Assembly (NCBI GenBank): GCA_951406725.2
Contig: OX597816.1
Span: 177,320,001 to 177,384,000 of the forward strand
Direction: 5' to 3'
Origin: Octopus vulgaris
Taxonomy: Eukaryota
Length of the DNA: 64,000 bases
The notes beneath the pieces are model-generated. The model saw only the letters and a list, made by a program, of their open reading frames with translations, was not told the DNA's origin and ran no database searches. The number at the start of each line of letters is the position of its first letter. Position 1 is the stretch's first letter. Below, piece after piece: positions 62,376 through 64,000 of this stretch. The translations under genes and the position numbers were made by a program.

Positions 62376-63667
62376 AAAGTATCAAAATAATAATGGAGAT
62401 TGAAATATAAGAAACGGACATAGGAAAATAAAACGGATATCTTCTTATCATCATGATAGAAAGAAAGGAAACAAAATTTTAAAAATCTGCTATACTTCGA
62501 ACAATTAAGAAATTTGACGAAGTTACATATGCTATTCTCTAAATGTGCTATTGAACTAGGAATTTGGGGAGGTGTTACAATATTCATGTGTTCAAATGGT
62601 TAATTTTCGAAGGAATGATCGAAAGGTTTTGTTAAAAAAATGTTTACCTCTTAACGCTAGCTCCTGTTATTTATTTTTATTTTACTTTAATAAATAAGGA
62701 AATCATAGAACTCACTTTAGCAATATTTCAATCTGTGTCACTTTCTTCCAAATTTTTCACTGATTTTGGGTAGACAAAACATTTGATAAACTACATTTCT
62801 TAAACTGGGGGCACTGACGGAAAGGAGAGAGAAAAAAATGCAGAATAGTTCGTTTAAAGTGTTGTGTTACAGAAATAGCTGATTTAATTCATATCTGGGA
62901 TCTTAAATTTGTGGTTGATCGTTATATTTCATGTAATTACTGTGTCAAGTTGGATCCGGGTTTTGTGTTTGTTCATACTGCTTACTTACATACTGTTACT
63001 TACGTACTATTAATGATGTCATAGAAAGTAGGTACTGCTCTCAATGTTTGTGAAGGACGTTAAAAGTGACGAATGATGCCGAGGCAGCTTTATTTACGAA
63101 CGTTGTTTGCTTTCGAAGACTACATTTGCGTCATTGCTTGTTTCTGTATCATTATGAGCAGCTGCATATCCATTGAATACCACAATAATCTCACACTTTC
63201 ATTGGCACAAGGCATCACCGTTCCTTGTGTACATTCACTATGTTACGGATGTGATTCTCTTATTATGCTTTCTCAGCATTTCTTGTTACTGACTTTTCTA
63301 GGTTGAGATCGTTTTTATGTATTTTGTTTTCTTTTATGTAACACAGATTGGGTTTAACTATAGACGAAGAAACGTTGACCACCAGGACTGGCGTTTTAAT
63401 TAAGGTGATCTTTAGAAACAATATAGAGATGATAGGTCAACAGGTAAATACAAAATGACATTGCTACTGCAGCTCATATTTATGTTTATGAAGGGGCATT
63501 GGCAGTGAAGATTGTTAACAGTGGTGTTCTATCGGTAATGGTGGTGGTGGTGGTGGTGGTGGTGGTGTAGATACATTGTTGATGTGAATGTATTGGTGAC
63601 AGCGCCGAAGAATTCTTCTTTAGGTCTAAATCGATAAATAAAATATTAAACGCAGTACAGGGGACGT

Positions 63668-63737
63668 TTCTTCTTCTTCTTTTTCTTCTTCTTCTTCTTC
63701 TTCTTCTTCTTCTTCTTCTTCTTCTTCTTCTTCTTCT

Positions 63738-63805
<68 letters not shown>

Positions 63806-63935
63806 TTCATCACATTCTCTCTTTCGTTCTCTCTCTTTCCCTCTATCTTTTTCTGTCTGCCTATCTCTCTTTGTCTATATCTGTCTATCTCTATCAATCT
63901 GTCTGTCTGTTTCTCTCTCTCTCTCTCCATCTCTC
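63668..63935. repeat. (CTT)n-(CTTT)n-(CT)n polypyrimidine tract
   Basis: Directly visible. Confidence 0.95.
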
Positions 63936-64000
63936 TCTTTTTGTTTGAGAGAAATCGATTGTGTTCAGTGCTGGAGGTGGATGGACTCCGCTAGGTTTAA

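Overview
Animal genomic DNA, AT-rich and dense in microsatellites and transposons. It is most likely octopus (coleoid cephalopod), inferred from the tRNA-derived SINE families and the extreme (TA)n/(TAA)n load; this was not checked against a database. I found no intact host protein-coding gene, and most ORFs in the track are microsatellite or SINE translation artefacts. The coding remnants are all retrotransposon fragments: R4/Dong (RLE), Tx1/L1, RTE and CR1. Also present are three SINE families, a tandem non-autonomous Helitron array, and mariner and hAT MITEs. The most striking unannotated signal is a set of about 12 minimal type I hammerhead-ribozyme (HHR) motifs, some canonical and some degenerate. 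They lie in short non-coding elements, mostly inserted in (TA)n, that resemble Penelope-like-element pLTRs or retrozymes. Two elements (7.3-7.85 kb and 44.8-45.9 kb) are long fold-back inverted repeats with a hammerhead on each strand and a shared one-sided tail. One locus (60.6-61.5 kb) is a tandem HHR dimer, and several copies carry non-canonical cores (CUGUUGA, CCGAUGA). Other notable items are a twin-priming-type inverted RTE insertion with a target-site duplication (TSD) and three C2H2-like fingers, a fold-back element with Helitron 3' ends at both termini, and apparent partitioning of microsatellite targets among element classes. All folds and coordinates were derived by eye.
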